64,000 nucleotides of DNA from Eledone cirrhosa (GCA_964016885.1 OZ024742.1:187426001-187490000); one strand, 5' to 3'; counted from the first letter of the stretch, positions 41,867 through 57,331 are shown. The notes: generated by a model from the letters alone, not told the origin. Translations and numbers: made by a program.

Positions 41867-44256
41867 ATATATTCTTTTTTTTATATCTACACAAATTAGC
41901 ATCTGTTTTCCATAGATTAACACAACGCATGACGAATTGATAAGTTAAGTTTTCAACAGGATATAGCTTTTGTTTATTGCTGTAATTATTGTTTTGTCAT
42001 ATTAGATTTACTTATTTGCCATTGACAACAATTTCACTTTCGTTTACATTCATTTACAGCGTAAATGTGAATTTTCGTCTACGGAACTCAATTGCAAGTA
42101 ATTTTCTAAATGTAATTTTTTATAAAACTAAAATAGAAACGATCTGTACTACGAAAGGAAATATAAAATAAAACCTTGTTACAAAACTGTAATGTCAGCG
42201 GCTGAATTAACTTTAAAAACAACACTTATAACAACAACAATAACGGAAACAATCTGGCTGTAGATCTATTTCAAATAAATTTTATCACTCTCCTATGCTG
42301 TTCATTTTAGATGATTTGCCTATATCAGAGATAAAACTGTAATTATTTTGTAACAAAACAATATATTTTATCCTCGGTGAAATAGTTGAAATTTGTTGTG
42401 CTATATATTGGAAGACATTAGTAAACATTGTTTACGATGCTACATGTAAGAACAATCTGACTGGGGATGTTTTATGAGGTGGACGTGGGCAGTTATGAGT
42501 GTTTACCCGGTCCGATCCCAATCTGAGGCTTTTTAGGTATGCATCATAACTATAGCCTCCCAGAATCGACCCACGCGTTGGCAGTAAAATGTGGCAGAGA
42601 AACTTGTCGGATGGGTCGTGCATGTAATTCACCCTGATTTAGCTTATGGAATTACATCAGCGTGTTCAGGAGTCCATGGAATAATGAACCGTTTAGAAGT
42701 TAATCCATGAGCTTCACACGTTCAGTAGATTGAACAACTGAATATTCATCATCGGCGCCGACGGAAAACCCGCCATCATCTAGCTGTGTTGGAAAATAAG
42801 ACAATGCTATTTAAAAAAAATATATGTAAGTTTTTATTTCCGTCATTTCAATGTTGCTCCAGCTTAAATATCTTACAGTGTCACAATAGCTGTTAATAAC
42901 ATAATTCAACTTATAACAGAGCCAGCAGTCAATAGCTACAAGGAGGCATGAACTCATATGTCATATACTAAATCGTTGAGCTTCTTAATATTCATTTAAA
43001 ATAGAATACCATGGCAACTATGTTTCATATATTAAAAATACTTTAATGGATTCGCATGTTTAGATAGTCTCTGTGGGTATCCTCTAGCATCTTTAAATAT
43101 TATGTCACATGTTCGATGTGTTTTTATACAGTTCAACAATAAAGCTGTATTGCATTAATAGTATGAAAATAGCAACACAGTGTCTAATTGATACATTTGT
43201 CAATGCAACAAAGCTATTATGTCGAAGGTATCGCAGAAAAAAAAAACAAAAAAACCAAACGAAACAACTACACGAAGACAAGAAAGCATTAATAAAACTA
43301 AAAAGAAAAATAAATAAAATTAAAAAACAAACGAATAATGAAAAAAAAAATGAAAAATATGAAAGGTAGAAAGGCAAGTTGCATTATCAATGCTCACAAT
43401 ATGTCGTGCTGTTTCAAATCTATAGAAGCCATCTCTGCCTTGAGGAGATCAGATATTCTATTGGAATTTTTTGAAATATTTGAAAATGTGAGCACAAATA
43501 TACAAGATGATGTATAAAATTCCTAATAGCTGGAATATTTCACGACTTCGTTCTATTATCTACACGCTATCACCACTTTATTATCAACTCATATTACGAG
43601 TAGGCGAGAAACTAACACATTTCTGATGTCAAATAGAGTAAGGCACTTAGATTTTATATGCTTAGCTGCCCTATATTCTTTAAGTTCAGCTGCAACTAGA
43701 TGCAAATTTAATCGCTATTACTTCGAAGATAGTAATGGCGGCAAATTGAGAGAGCTGTTAAGATATCAGATAGAATGCTTTGCAGTATTAGTTCCGGCTT
43801 TCTCTCTAAGGTCATCGTTGCCTGTCATCAATTCGAAGTCGATAAATAAAGTATCAATTAATTACTGCGTATGATTCTGTCTCTATATCTCTTTCTCAAT
43901 TCCCACTTCCGTTATACTGGAAGAAATTGATTGTGATCAGACCTAGAGAGGAAGGAGTACCTCCAGGTTTGAAATGCCCAATACACGTCTCATTTCACTA
44001 CGATGCGCTAACGATTCCATCAGGTGTTACGGATTCATAATACATACTTAGAATAAAATCATACAAAATTTAAAGTATTTGAATCAATGTTTTTTGTTTC
44101 AACATGAAGTAATGATTCTAATTTCAAAAATGATAAGAAGTATATTAGAAGGTAAGGTTTATAATTAAGTAGTAAATAGCACATTGCTTTACGAAAAGGA
44201 TTCGTAATACTCAGTTTCTTCACTAACCTTTAACAAAGTTACATTACACACAAAAA

Positions 44257-44306
<50 letters not shown>

Positions 44307-45145
44307 GGAGAGAGAGAGACAACGGGCTTCAATACAGTTACGATCTATGAACAATACATTGGTCAACCTGAGGCTAGAATGGAAGACACTTGCTCACAGT
44401 TGTACACACTAGAAATGGAACCGAAACTACGCGGTTGCAAGTTTGTGAATTAATCTTTTATTTCATATATTGATCACCATGAAATTAATAGCAGGAGCAA
44501 CATTTGCAGCAATAGGTTAAGTATATGGACATTAGTGTTATTGCTTTACATAATGGCCTGGAGTGGAGGTATTAATCCCTAGATTCATTGGCGTTAAGCG
44601 ACTGAGAGTACACGTTTGCAACATGGATAGGGCGCTAGTCATTTGAAAACCTAATGCAAAATTGTCCACAGAAGTTGACATAAACATTGTGAAATGTAAT
44701 GCCTCCTTATTCAAGAACAGACCATATCATCCACTTCTGGAAATCGAACTTACCACTTTATGATCATGAGACCAACACTTTAACCATTAGGCTATGTGAC
44801 TTCCCGCGGTGTTTTTACGAGTAAATTAACATGTATTTCCCATTATCTGATATAGAATAAAACTTGGTAAGTACGCAAGGCAACATCTATAACGTTATCT
44901 TATTGGGAAAATTTCAATGTTCATAGCAATAAATCTGACACCTTAAACACATCACTTTCTCAAGATATTAGATGAGATGATATCATACTTTGAAACTATT
45001 AACGGAAAATGGAATTTGTTTTAAAAATCATTCTCAGCCCTTGCTTATATGTATAAGCTCCTGAAATCTGTAACGCAATCTTAATTTTATGAATGTCATA
45101 GATTTATATTAAATTATCGCCAACCAGATCTACGTACGTATCGAA

Positions 45146-45350
45146 GTATGTATGTATGTATGTATGTATGTATGTATGTATGTATGTATGTATGTATGTA
45201 TGTATGTATGTATGTATGTATGTATGTATGGGTGTATGGGTATGTATGTATGTATGTATGTATGTATGTATGTATGTATGTATGTATGTATGTATGCATG
45301 TATGAATGTGCATGTATGTATGTATGCATCATGTATGTATGCATGTATGG
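45146..45350. repeat. (TATG)n microsatellite
   Basis: Directly visible. Confidence 0.95.
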
Positions 45351-47984
45351 ACGTATAAATGTATGTATATATTTATAAATGTATATATGTATGTATAAAT
45401 ACATGCATGTGAAACTATGCATGCTTTTTCATTGAGATTTATTGATGATCTAAGCAGACTACAAGCCGGTCACTAAGCAATTGACTAGGATTGTTTGCTT
45501 GAACCAAGAGAAGTTCAGAAGTGTGTCAAATATCGCATATGATGAATGAATGATTATGATTGAATGGTGCAGTGGTTAGGTTGTTGGACTCACAATCATA
45601 ATGTCATGGATACAATTCTCGAACCAGGCGGTGTGGTGTATCCTAGAGCAAAACATTTCATTTAAAATCGCTCCAAACATTTAATCTAAAAATGTGTACA
45701 AACGTCACCCGGAGTTTAACTCTGCAAGTGTTGGCACCTCATCCTTGCTACGGGTGTTGTAATCTCGCTCCCTTAACGCCAATAAAACATTGCTAAACTC
45801 CACTTGGAGATTAACCCTGCGATAGTTGGCGTCCTGTCTTGCTGCGGGTAATGTAATCTCGGTCACTTAACGCCAATAAAACATTTACAAACTCCACCCG
45901 GAGAAGATTCTAGGCTCGAGAAATATTTTAAATTAATCCAATTATTCATGAGATAACGGTCATTCTAAAAAAAAAAAAAAAAATCACAGCTTGTCTCTCA
46001 AGGGAGTCTTTTGGTATTGTTTTCAAACATTCAAAATAAAGTTTGGTTGGAATGTGACATTGACAAAACATCAAAAACACGATCGAAATTTTAGAAAGCC
46101 AAAGAGAGCAAAATATATTGGTAGGACCAGTGTTATAACGAGATAAAATTTAAAAATACTACGCTATGAAAAATGAAACAGTACACTAGAAATTAATACG
46201 TTTTAGAAATGAAAATAGCAATCTAAAAATATTACAAACACGAAATGCCCTTATCAGATTATCTTAAGCTTGAATTATTTTGCTGTTATTAATTTTCAAA
46301 TTATTACTCATAAGTTGATGAACATTTAAAAAAAAATCTACGGCAAACATTGAACTCCATTAATTTATAAAAGATTTTGGCGTAAATTATCAATTTTCAT
46401 TTCAAGATTAATTCTACTGCGGTAAACATTTGATAGACACACGCAATTTATGGTGTGCTGTTGGTTAAATAGATCGACATCGATGTATAAAACGATAGGA
46501 GGTGTTGAAACGTCTCAAACAAGATATATCGTTAATATTCCCCTATATTGCCTTCATTCTCCCGTCGACAATTGCATGGTTGAATTAAATGAATGTGGAC
46601 CGAAAAAATGCTTTTAATTAAAAAAAAAATATCTCCAGAGTTAAAAATTTTCCGCTGTTAAAATCTTAAAAAATGACCAAGTGATGATGGATCCTTCGTC
46701 GGTTGAAGGATAAGTACTGAGATCCTGACTTAAACAGATGTTACTTAAAGTGGTAGTGGTTGAGTATTTCATAATCACGGCTTCCCTTAACGTAAGTTTC
46801 AGACAAAATCTGCCTGACACGAAATGTTCTAAGGGTTAAACTTTGAATTTTATGTACAATCCTTCCGTCGAGTTTTCACAGTTTCCAGCTACTAAATTCT
46901 ATTCTCAAAACGCTTTGGTCAACCCGCGGCTAAGATAAAGATACCTCTCCAAGATGCCACGTAGAGAATTTGAACTCGAGATGTCTTGATTTTAAAGTGA
47001 ACTTCTTAACCACTCAGCCATACATGTACCTAAAATCTAATATTGAGTTGTTTATCAAATTCCTTCCATATACGAGGGTACAGAACATGATACGAGATTA
47101 TTTAAAGAAATGATTCCTAAAGATGGTGCTGACACCCACTCTTGGATGCAAAGATATCATGAAGGTGGACAGAGATGGACGCAGGATACAATTTAGTAGA
47201 TTCTCGTACAACGGTCAATTTCACATATTCAAAAAATGCTTAACTATAATAGAAAAATAAATAAAATCTAATTTCCAGTGTTAAATTCTTGATCAAGTTT
47301 ACAATATTGTGGGTACTGATGAAATGTGTTATCTAACAAATGGTAGGAGTTGACCAAAGACTCGTTGGGTAATTCAGATGTGGTCCCAACGAACGTCACA
47401 GTATACATTTCACAGACACACCACCTAATGTTATCTACTTCGATATATTTTTGACTTAATACATTCTAGTTGTATGGAGGATCCATAATTTATTCAACAA
47501 ATGAAATAAATCTATGTACATTGTTTTATTTTCAGACAGTATATTACCTTCATGCAAAACATTTGATTGTAAAATATATTTATTATCCCGCATTTCCACA
47601 TCATACACAGGAAATGCATACCGGTTGGTTAAGATTGGTGCTTCTACGTTCCTTAAAAGCTTACTTTTTAAAATATTCATTTAATGTGTTTAAGGAACCA
47701 TTTACTGATTTGAAAGATTCACTTAATGCGTTCTATATAATCACATTATATTCTTATATATTTGGCTACCTTATTTATTTACTTTGTCAATATATATATA
47801 TGAACCTGTCATATTATTTTCTTCTTTTCCTCTCGAATTAAGCTATACTGCTGAGTAAGACATTATTCTGTACAACATTCTACATTCACTAGACATAAAT
47901 AGTTTTTTGCGCATGTAAAAAAGATGCTTTACTTCATCTATTTTATTATTTCACTGAATTGAAGGTAGTGTATTATCAAAATCA

Positions 47985-49118
47985 TGAGGGCGTCGAAAAA
48001 AAAAATGTTTTGTAGTATTTAGTTACAGTTCTTTGTTTTCTGATTTCAAATCCCGCCCAGAAAATCTTTGCCTTTTATTCTCACGGAGTTAGTAAAATAA
48101 AGTACCAGTCAAACACTGGGAATCGATAGAGCGTCGGACAACATACATTGCAGCATAGAGTTACAGCCCTTTGCGTTCTGAGTTCAAATTTCGCCGAGTT
48201 TTGTTTTGTCTTTCATCCTTACGGAGTCGCTAAAATAAAGTACCAGTTTGGAACTAGCTATCGAAACGTCAAGGGCCCAGCTCTCGGGCTCCTACACTTT
48301 CTAATATACATATATTTATTATTCATTCTTACAAACGTACGTATGTACGTACGTACATACATACACACAAATATACATACAAACATGGGATATATATATA
48401 TATAATCTTTCCCAACACAAATTGCTGACCTTGTCCCTAAATTATGAGTCATTAAAATGGCAGTGGATTGGCAGAGTAATTAGAGCATCGAAAAAATGTT
48501 TAGCAATATGTATTCCTGTTCTTTACGTTCTGAGTTCAAATTCCGCCCAGATCAACTGTTCCATTTGAACTTCCAGGCTCGATAAAATAAAGTACCAGTA
48601 AAGAATTGGGGTCAATAAAATCAACTTGCCCTTCCTCCCAAATTGTTTGCTTTAAAATTATTTCAAATCGAAGCAGGGTAGGAATAGTCTACATCGTTAA
48701 AGCTGTATTATTTCTCACGATTCCTTACATGTGGAGTTTAAATCTTGTGACAGTCAACATTAACTTTCATTACATTGTAAAGTCGTCTAAGTCAAGTTAG
48801 TACAAGACTGTTACACCATGTAGTCAACTCTAGAAGGATAAAAGGCAAAATTGTTTTCCATGAGGTTTGATACCACAACATAAAGAGCCGGATCAAATAT
48901 TGGTTTCTTATATAGGCACAAGGCCAGTAATTTGAGAGGAGGGGAAAGTCGATTAAATCGACCCCAGTGCGTGATGGTACTTTATTTTATCGACCCTGTA
49001 AGGATGAAAGGCAAAGTTAACCTAAGCGGAATTTGAACTCAGATCATAAAGGGCCGTAACTCTATGCTGCAAAGCATGGGATCCGACCCTTTACCGATAC
49101 TGCCAATCCACCGCACTT
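47985..49118. mobile_element. SINE cluster (+ copies ~47985-48120, 48120-48250, 48458-48650; - copy 48900-49118)
   Basis: B-box and shared core in each copy. Confidence 0.8.
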
Positions 49119-49134
49119 ACTCAGATCAAGTATC

Positions 49135-50000
49135 GGTGGAAAATCCACCTCGGCGTTCTATAGAGGGCTAGTGGAGGGGAAGAGCGACGACGTTCTCGGG
49201 AGACCCTGGGCGTCGAAGACGATCAGCTGTTCGCTGTCTTCAAGAGAACTTTCAGCCCGGGCCTATGGGCAACTTCCAGAAATCCCTGGCAGTGCTGCCC
49301 GTGAGCGTTGCCGGTTCGGGATAAGCTCTACAGGCATGGGGATGCTGTCAGTTGAGCCTGTCCGAGATGCGCGCAGGGTGACGAAACCGTCCTGCACGCA
49401 CTCATTCAATGCCCAAGAATTTCTGACTTATGGGGCTATGTCGAACAGTTGCTGTCGCGTGTATGACGGATCCGGGTTTCTAGTGAGTCCATTGTTCAGA
49501 TAGCCCCACCATCCTCCTTTCAGGAGGAGGAAGGGCAGGCAGTTTTCATCTGCCTAGTGGCCATGGCGAAAGTGATTGTGTGGTGGACAAGGTTGAAAGG
49601 GTTGAAGACGGACACTTTCCTCTCCAGCCAATCCCTGGTTAACCTTTTCAAGTTTCATTTGTAGAGGAAAATCAGGGTGGAGAGGCAAGTACTAACTTCT
49701 AGTAAGTTTATTGAAAGGTGGGTGAAAGTGGCAGGTCTGGTCCGAGTGAACGGGCCCGTTCTGAGTATACGCCTGTAGACTGAGGAGTGGGAAAACTGAG
49801 AGAGGGCCCTGGTGGTTAGGGTGGCCGTGGTGTTTTGTGTGGTTTTCGCCACGAGTGACCCTCGGAATTTTCCCCCTATTGAGGAATTTTTGTTGTTTGA
49901 AAATATTTCTATCTTCTTTGTAAACCCACTTTGTATCGTCCTGTACAGTTTTTTGCCGTCTGTAATGTTTTTCTTCATGTTAACCCTTGTGGCCAATAAA
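49135..50000 (+). mobile_element. 5'-truncated Tx1/L1-clade LINE 3' end (zf-RVT region, 3'UTR, AATAAA)
   Basis: Manual translation from 49305: ALPVRDKLYRHGDAVS*ACPRCAQGDETVLHALIQCPRISDLW (CCHC), then AKVIVWWTR...FKFHL*RKIRVER...FIERW, stop at 49776-49778, AATAAA at 49995-50000. Confidence 0.8.
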
Positions 50001-50139
50001 TATACCATTATCGAAGCAGGAAAGAGGAAAGTCAATGTTGACTTGGATGGTATTGATATCACTATATAAAGAGCCAATACAAATACCACAAAACTACAAT
50101 TCCGCTGATGCAACAATAATAATTATATTAATAATAATG

Positions 50140-50565
50140 ATAATAATAATAATGGTTTCTTATACAGGCACAATGCCAGCAATTTTGGGGGAGTGGAAAG
50201 ACGATTAAATCGACCCCAGTGTGTGACTGGTACTTTATTGTATTGACTCCATAAGGATGAAAGCCTAAGCTAACCACTGCGGGATTTGAACTCAGAACGT
50301 AAAGAACCCGAATAGATACTGCTACACGTTTGTCCGACTCTTTAACGCCTCTACCAATCTACCACTCTTATGTAATAATAATTGTCTCTACTTTAGGCAC
50401 AGGGCCAGCAATTATTCCAGTACATTACAGGTACTTTATTTTACAGACCCCGTAAGGATGAAAGGCAAAGTTAACCTCGGCGGGATTTGAACTCAGATCA
50501 TACAGGGAGGTAACTCTATGCTTCAAAGCATGGCGTCCGACCCTCTACCGATACTGCCAATCCAA
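50140..50565 (-). mobile_element. Two tandem (ATT)-tailed SINEs
   Basis: Copies at ~50150-50368 and ~50372-50565 within (AAT)n. Confidence 0.85.
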
Positions 50566-52224
50566 TAACAGTAATAATAACAATAATAATAACAATAGTA
50601 GTAGTAGTAGTAGTGGTAGTGGTAGTGGTAGTAGTAGTAGTAGTAGCAGCAGCAGCAGCAGCAAAGTGACACCGGTAATAATGATTGCGATCAGTGTTAT
50701 TATAAGTTATCTTCTAAATTCGTAATCTTTGACTAAGGTCGCACAACCTTACATTGAAGGAAGCCATCTCAAATAATTGTGTAATCATAAAGATATAATC
50801 CTGTCTAAGACAGCGGCGCCGAAAAATATAGAAATCTGAAATAGTTTGCTATTAAATATAGATAATCTTATCGAACCTATACGAACTTCTCTTTTTTTCG
50901 ATTTAAGCGTTTTCATTTTCGGAATACAAGACATATAAACTCTTCGTGGTTAAGGAAGAGAAATAAAATGGAATGCGTGTTTTGCTCTGTCTATGCCAGT
51001 AACGCTTTCATAAATATTATTCCCGTTTATCAAGTAAAATCGATATTGTTTATCTAACTCATGTATAGTATATATTCTTCAATAATTGTAGTAATGAAAA
51101 AAATGTTCTTCAGTTGATGATGGAGATGACAAAGTTTAATGTAATGTCTTAACATTTCTTAGTCGACCCACACCCAACCACGTTGTTTCTGAAAATACTT
51201 TCTAATTTAAATATATACAGAGTGTTCCCCAAAAATGTATATATATACTTTAACAGCATTCTAATAAATATTGCGTGCTCCGGTAATTTATGTTCTGTGG
51301 TTTACCAATTGGTAAAGCACTCGACGTTATGCATATCATCCGTCGTTCATGTTGCATCCCGTGGCTGATGCAAGGATGGAATTTAATATTCATTTAAAAG
51401 CAACAGAACGCCGGACTGGAAACTTTCTTTAAAGTTTTAATAATGTTGCGAAAACATTATACGTATTTCAATGGCCTAGTTACATCATCAGATCCTGATG
51501 GAGGAATAGCTGACTTCATCAGGCGTGCATTGCAAAATTAGTTATATAAGATAACAGGATAACGGCAAACATTTCGGGTAGGGGTTGCCATTACAATAAC
51601 ACGGAGTAAGCGAGTCATGCTCGAATCAAATATATTCTCTATACTGAGTTAGCTGTGAGATTATCAAAGATACCTCCCCCCCCTAAAAAAAAACATTAAT
51701 ATATTATTGTATTTTTATTATACATAAACACATCTTATACGTCTTCCTACCAAATTTACGCATTTTTATATATTTATTCAAACAAACATACGCTAAAATA
51801 CACTTGGTACAGAACACATAAATACCGATATACATGTATATAAATATTTATTGCTGCCAATATCAGAAGAATAAAAACTAAATAGAAAAAGGGCTTTCCG
51901 TTGATTTTGTTTTGTTACATAGTAAAAGACACAGAACAATGTAAACTAAAAAAATAGATATGTTATAGTTTTGATCGTTTTTTTTTTTTACCTCATACTA
52001 TTTTCTTGTCTTTTCACGTCAGTTGATCAATTTTTGAATACTGTGTGATGAATGGACGCATGAATAATTAAAAACAAAAGAAGCGTGTTCCAATCAATTG
52101 ATAATTAACTAAAGAAAATATAATCGAAAGATAAATGATAAAATTAACAAAATTCAGAAGTTAAATAATAATGAGAGGACAACGACAAAAGCAGATAAGC
52201 TTCGAATTGAAGAATAGTTCCTCT

Positions 52225-52480
52225 TTCTTTCTTTCTTTCTTTCTCTTACTCTCACTCTTTCACTTATACGTAGACTCACTTTTTCTTTTATTAGTAGACT
52301 CACTCTTTCTATTTCTATTATTCTTAGACTCACGCTTTCTCGTCTACTTACTCTCATTCTTACATTTCCTCTTACTCTCAGTCTTACACTTTCTCTTACT
52401 CCCAGTCTTTCTCTTTCTCCTACTCTCACTCTTTCTCTTTCTCCTACTCTCACCCTTACACTTTCTCTTACTCTCATCAT
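52225..52480. repeat. Degenerate CT-rich tandem repeat
   Basis: Recurring CTTTCTCTTACTCTCA-like units. Confidence 0.7.
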
Positions 52481-52592
52481 ACATATTCTGTTACTTATGC
52501 AAAAGCTTTACTTCGCGTTAATTATTTGAAAGTGAATTATTTCTTACGTATCTCTCACTATGAAGCGTTACCCTAATATATATGTGTGTGTG

Positions 52593-52635
<43 letters not shown>

Positions 52636-53468
52636 TTATTTCTGAAGACAGCACATATATGTGTAGGTATGTATATTCCCTCTGATAGTTTGTAAACATT
52701 TTACAAAGATCTATATGATGTACATACCAACACACACATATATATCTTAGAAACGATCGTAAAATGATGAATTTTTTAATATAAGGAACTGTTTCTTTGT
52801 TTTTATTCATTATTTTTATTAATTTATCTTTACTCTGTTTTCCTGTGTTTTTCATCGAAAAAATGTTGAATACATTTTCTCTTTTCATGATATTTGGATT
52901 ACATTGGATATACGGATTGGACACTACCGTATATTTTGGTAGATTTATCTACATATATATGTATATATATAAGTGTGAATACATATATGGTGTTAGTTGG
53001 AAGATATAACTTTTGGTAACAACTTGTGTGTAGATAGAATCTATTCTGGTTTTCCAAGAAAAGATATATATTTAATATATATATTTAATATGCAAAAGCC
53101 TTTTCCTGCATTAAACAATGAGCTAGAGGCAACGCATGTCATATTCAGATAAACATTGCCAATATAAATACCTAAAACCAATTAATTATCATTCATACAT
53201 TGTCGATTATCTTTTAACCTTGTGAACCCTATTCATTGTTCAAATATGTATATCATTAAAACAGAGACGTGCCAAAATTCTGTATTTCAAGTGGAGTCCT
53301 TCAAAAGCATCTATTTTCAAGTATCTCCACCGCCAATGAGATTAGTTCTTTTATAGTATCACAGTAGACAAGAGACGACTATAAATGTTCTTCAAAATAA
53401 TCTCCAGTCATCAAAATCAGGTCCATGTCTTACAATCAATTAATATCGATTACATACCCGCATTTGAT

Positions 53469-54152
53469 GCAGCTAGTCGTTGGGGTGCACTCTAGACGTT
53501 TGACATTGTATCTACCATAGGAGCTAGTCGTTGGGGTGCAAGTCTAGACGTTTGACATTGTATCTACCATAGCAGCTAGTTGTTAGGGTGCCACTCTAGA
53601 CGTTTGACATTGTATCTATCATAGCAGCTAGTCGTTGGGGTGCCACTCAAGACGTTTGACAGTGTATCTATCATAGCAGCTAGTCGTTGGGGTGCCACTC
53701 AAGACGTTTGACAATATATCTATCGTAGCAGCTAGTCGTTGGGCTGCCAACGACTAGACGAGGGGCGTGCTCGGGGGCCACAATCCGGCCAGTCAGACCA
53801 GTTAGAGTGGCCCGCGATGACCGTTTTTAATTTTTACCTTGTAGGCTTATTTAGAATTTCTTTGGTAAACGTAATAACATTTTCTGTTAGTTGACCTATA
53901 CTAAAGGGTTTCATTGATAGGGTTATGTGTGTTATAATTTCCCAGTTCTATGCCATGGAAAGAAGTTGTGGTGAATCTTTGGAATAGTGCTTAATAAATA
54001 TTAATGGCCCTAATAGTTGTTCCAATGTTCAAAAGTGGTCCGCCAATGGAATATGTTGAACACCCCTGCTCTAGACGTTTGCTCTTGATGTATCTATCAT
54101 AGCAATTAATCGCCGGGGTGTCATTCTATACGTTTGACAGTATATCTATCAT
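53469..54152. repeat. 52-bp minisatellite (~7 units) interrupted by a MITE
   Basis: GCAGCTAGTCGTTGGGGTGCCACTCTAGACGTTTGACATTGTATCTATCATA at 53469, 53520, 53572, 53624, 53676 and 53728; resumes at 54069. Confidence 0.9.
53760..54068. mobile_element. hAT (Charlie/Buster-type) MITE
   Basis: Ends GAGGGGCGTGCTC...GTTGAACACCCCTG; GGCCCGCG subterminal motif; 8-bp TSD GACTAGAC/CTCTAGAC (NTCTAGAN-type site). Confidence 0.75.
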
Positions 54153-54751
54153 GGCATTTCGTTAGGCCTTAGGAATGATTGACTGTATTCATCTCCTCTC
54201 CAAGCAGAAAGAAAATCAAATCGTTACAATCAACCTAACATGGTCGTGTGTTAATGCAGTTACATAATGCAGGAAATTCTAGATCTAATGATGTAAAGAC
54301 ATTTTGAAAAGCAGGAAAATAGGTGAGGAAACCTACAGTATTTCTGACGATAGTAAGTCTAAAAATACTATGTTGAGCTCGTAAGTGGTGCGAAGACTTT
54401 GGGATAAGCCTCTAAAAGTAGACACAATGTCGTATTGCATGTTTCAAATTAATTTAATACGAAAATATCAAATCTGTTATTCATTATTGTGAAAGGTTGT
54501 AGAGTGGCGGCACTTTTAGAGCCTTGGACGAATTGCTTTGAGTTCAAATCCCACCGATGTCAACTTTGTGTTAAATCTCTTCAGAGTTGATAAAATAATG
54601 TACCAGGCAAGTTCTGTATTTCGTATAATCGACTTCTCCATGGTCTTGTGCCTAAATTAGAAAAAAAATATTATTAGAGGGCGGGGGATTGGCAGTGTCG
54701 GTAGAGGGTCGGACAAAATGTATTCCGGTATTTGTCAACTGTAGAGAGTCA

Positions 54752-54976
<225 letters not shown>

Positions 54977-55232
54977 CTGAGCGAGTCTCGTCAGAAGCGA
55001 CCGTCTCCAACTATCCAATCATTTTGCTCGGGATCATTCATTGGGTCTCTTGCTGGGTGGTTTTGCACGTAAAATTTGTCCAGCCATTCTTTCCTGAGAC
55101 AATGTATCCACATGGCAGTAATTATAAAGTGTTTTGCTCAAGGACTGAATGTGCCATTGTAGATTACTACGCTAATTATCAATCTAGAAATAATGGAACA
55201 AAAAGCTTACGTGGCATTATTAGAACTAAGAA

Positions 55233-55414
55233 GGTGGATTGGCAGTATCGATAGAGCGTCAGATACCATGCTTTGCAGCATAGTTATGACCCTTTACGTC
55301 CTCAGTTCAAATCCCGCCCAAGCTAACTCTGCCTTTCATCCTTACAGGATCGTTAAGATAAAGTACAAGTAACGCACTGAGATAATTGCTGACCTTGTGC
55401 CAAAAGTAGGAACA
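55233..55414 (+). mobile_element. (ATT)-tailed SINE with 17-bp TSD
   Basis: TSD ATTATTAGAACTAAGAA at 55216-55232 and 55415-55431. Confidence 0.9.
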
Positions 55415-56046
55415 ATTATTAGAACTAAGAACACAATACACGCAGCCGAAATAAAATAGATGTTGCTCTAACGCCAATTTTCACTTTTCAGAAAGACTGA
55501 GCTGGGCGGCCAATCAGTCCATCAGACGACTGAATGCTCATCATCGTAATCAACGGAAGATCCATCATGATGTAGTCTCAATTCTCAATTCTCAAATTGT
55601 AAAAATTATTTCATTTACTTCAGTTTTTCTACTGAAAAAGTCAAATCCATTGCGAATTTTTACATTTTATTGTTGATGTTTTTTCTCTCATTATTTTGTA
55701 ATTGCCCGTGGAGAAAACAATTGCTTTGTCATTATGCATGTCTAATATTTTTGCTTAACTCATGAAAATAGATTATATTGTTTGTCAATCGATATTTTCT
55801 TTAAAAACAACTCAAGAAAATGTTGTTTCCATTTTGCTAATTCAATGAGCTAATAATGATGTCATTCCACCTCCTCCTCCCTCGCCCCCTCCATCTTTCT
55901 AATGTTAATGGATGTGATATGTTAAAACATTACTTGTTGTAGTAGTATTAGTATTAATATTATTATTATTAGTTGTTGTTGTTCTTGTTGTCCATCATCA
56001 TCATCGTCATCGTTATCATCATCTTTATCATTGTTTTCTTCTTCTT

Positions 56047-56280
56047 AATAATTTTCTGATTTAGGCAAAGAAGTCAGCAATTTGGGAGGGGGGGGGGGGG
56101 GGGGGGGGGTAGTCGATTACCGCCCCCCCCACTCAGGGCTTTACAGGTACTTTATTTTATCGACCCGGTAAGGATGAAAAACCAAAGTTAACCTCAGCGG
56201 GATTTGAACTAACTCAAAACGAAAAGCGCCGTAACTCTATTATGCCGCAAAACATATCGTCAAACGCTCTACTGGCAATC
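56047..56280 (-). mobile_element. SINE copy with an expanded G-tract
   Basis: Core and B-box present; G-run at ~56088-56109. Confidence 0.8.
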
Positions 56281-56480
56281 GAATTATTATTATTATTATT
56301 TGATTGACACAACAGTTAGGGCATCCATTGCGACATTTGTTCTAGGTCCAAATGCCGTCGAAGTCAACTTTACTTTTCAGTCTTCCATCGTCTATGAAAT
56401 AAAGTACTTGGGTGGATTTAATCCACTTTCCACTTCTCCTAATTTGCTGCTTTGCTGCCATAAAGTGAGGGAAAGAGAGT

Positions 56481-56861
<381 letters not shown>

Positions 56862-57113
56862 TATATCGCTGGGTATGCATTTGTACTTTTGCGATATTAT
56901 ACTGGGAATGCGATCATTTCTTTCCAACAAAAGAGTATACGTATGGCTTTTCACAGATACCTAACTAATTATAAATGCCACTTTCTTCTTATTGCAGAGC
57001 TTTCAACGAAGCCGTGAGTTGTTTTTAATATAACCATGACATATTATTACTTGTATGAATAAGATTAAAGCTATTTGTCTACACCGGAAATAATTTTATT
57101 ATTACCCCGTCTC

Positions 57114-57331
57114 GAGGGCGGTGGATTGGCAGTATTGGTAGAGGGTCGGACACCATGCTTTGCATCATAGAGTTACGGCTCTTTATGATCTGAGCTCAAA
57201 TCCCGCCAAGGCTAACTTTGCCTTTCATCCTTATGGGGTCGATAAAATAAAGTACCAGTCACGCACTGGGGTCGATGTAATCGACTTTCCCCTCCCCCTA
57301 AATTACTGGCCATATGCCTATATAAGAAACC
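57114..57331 (+). mobile_element. Full-length (ATT)-tailed SINE with TSD
   Basis: TSD ATTATTACCC(C)GTCTC at 57098-57113 and 57332-57346; an inverted neighbour copy lies at ~57455-57610. Confidence 0.9.

Noticed and set aside
46826-51235. Isolated piggyBac- or mariner-like ends (AAGGGTTAA ~46830, TACGAGGG ~47071, TACAGAGTGTTCC ~51216)
   Set aside because: No matching partner TIR found by eye
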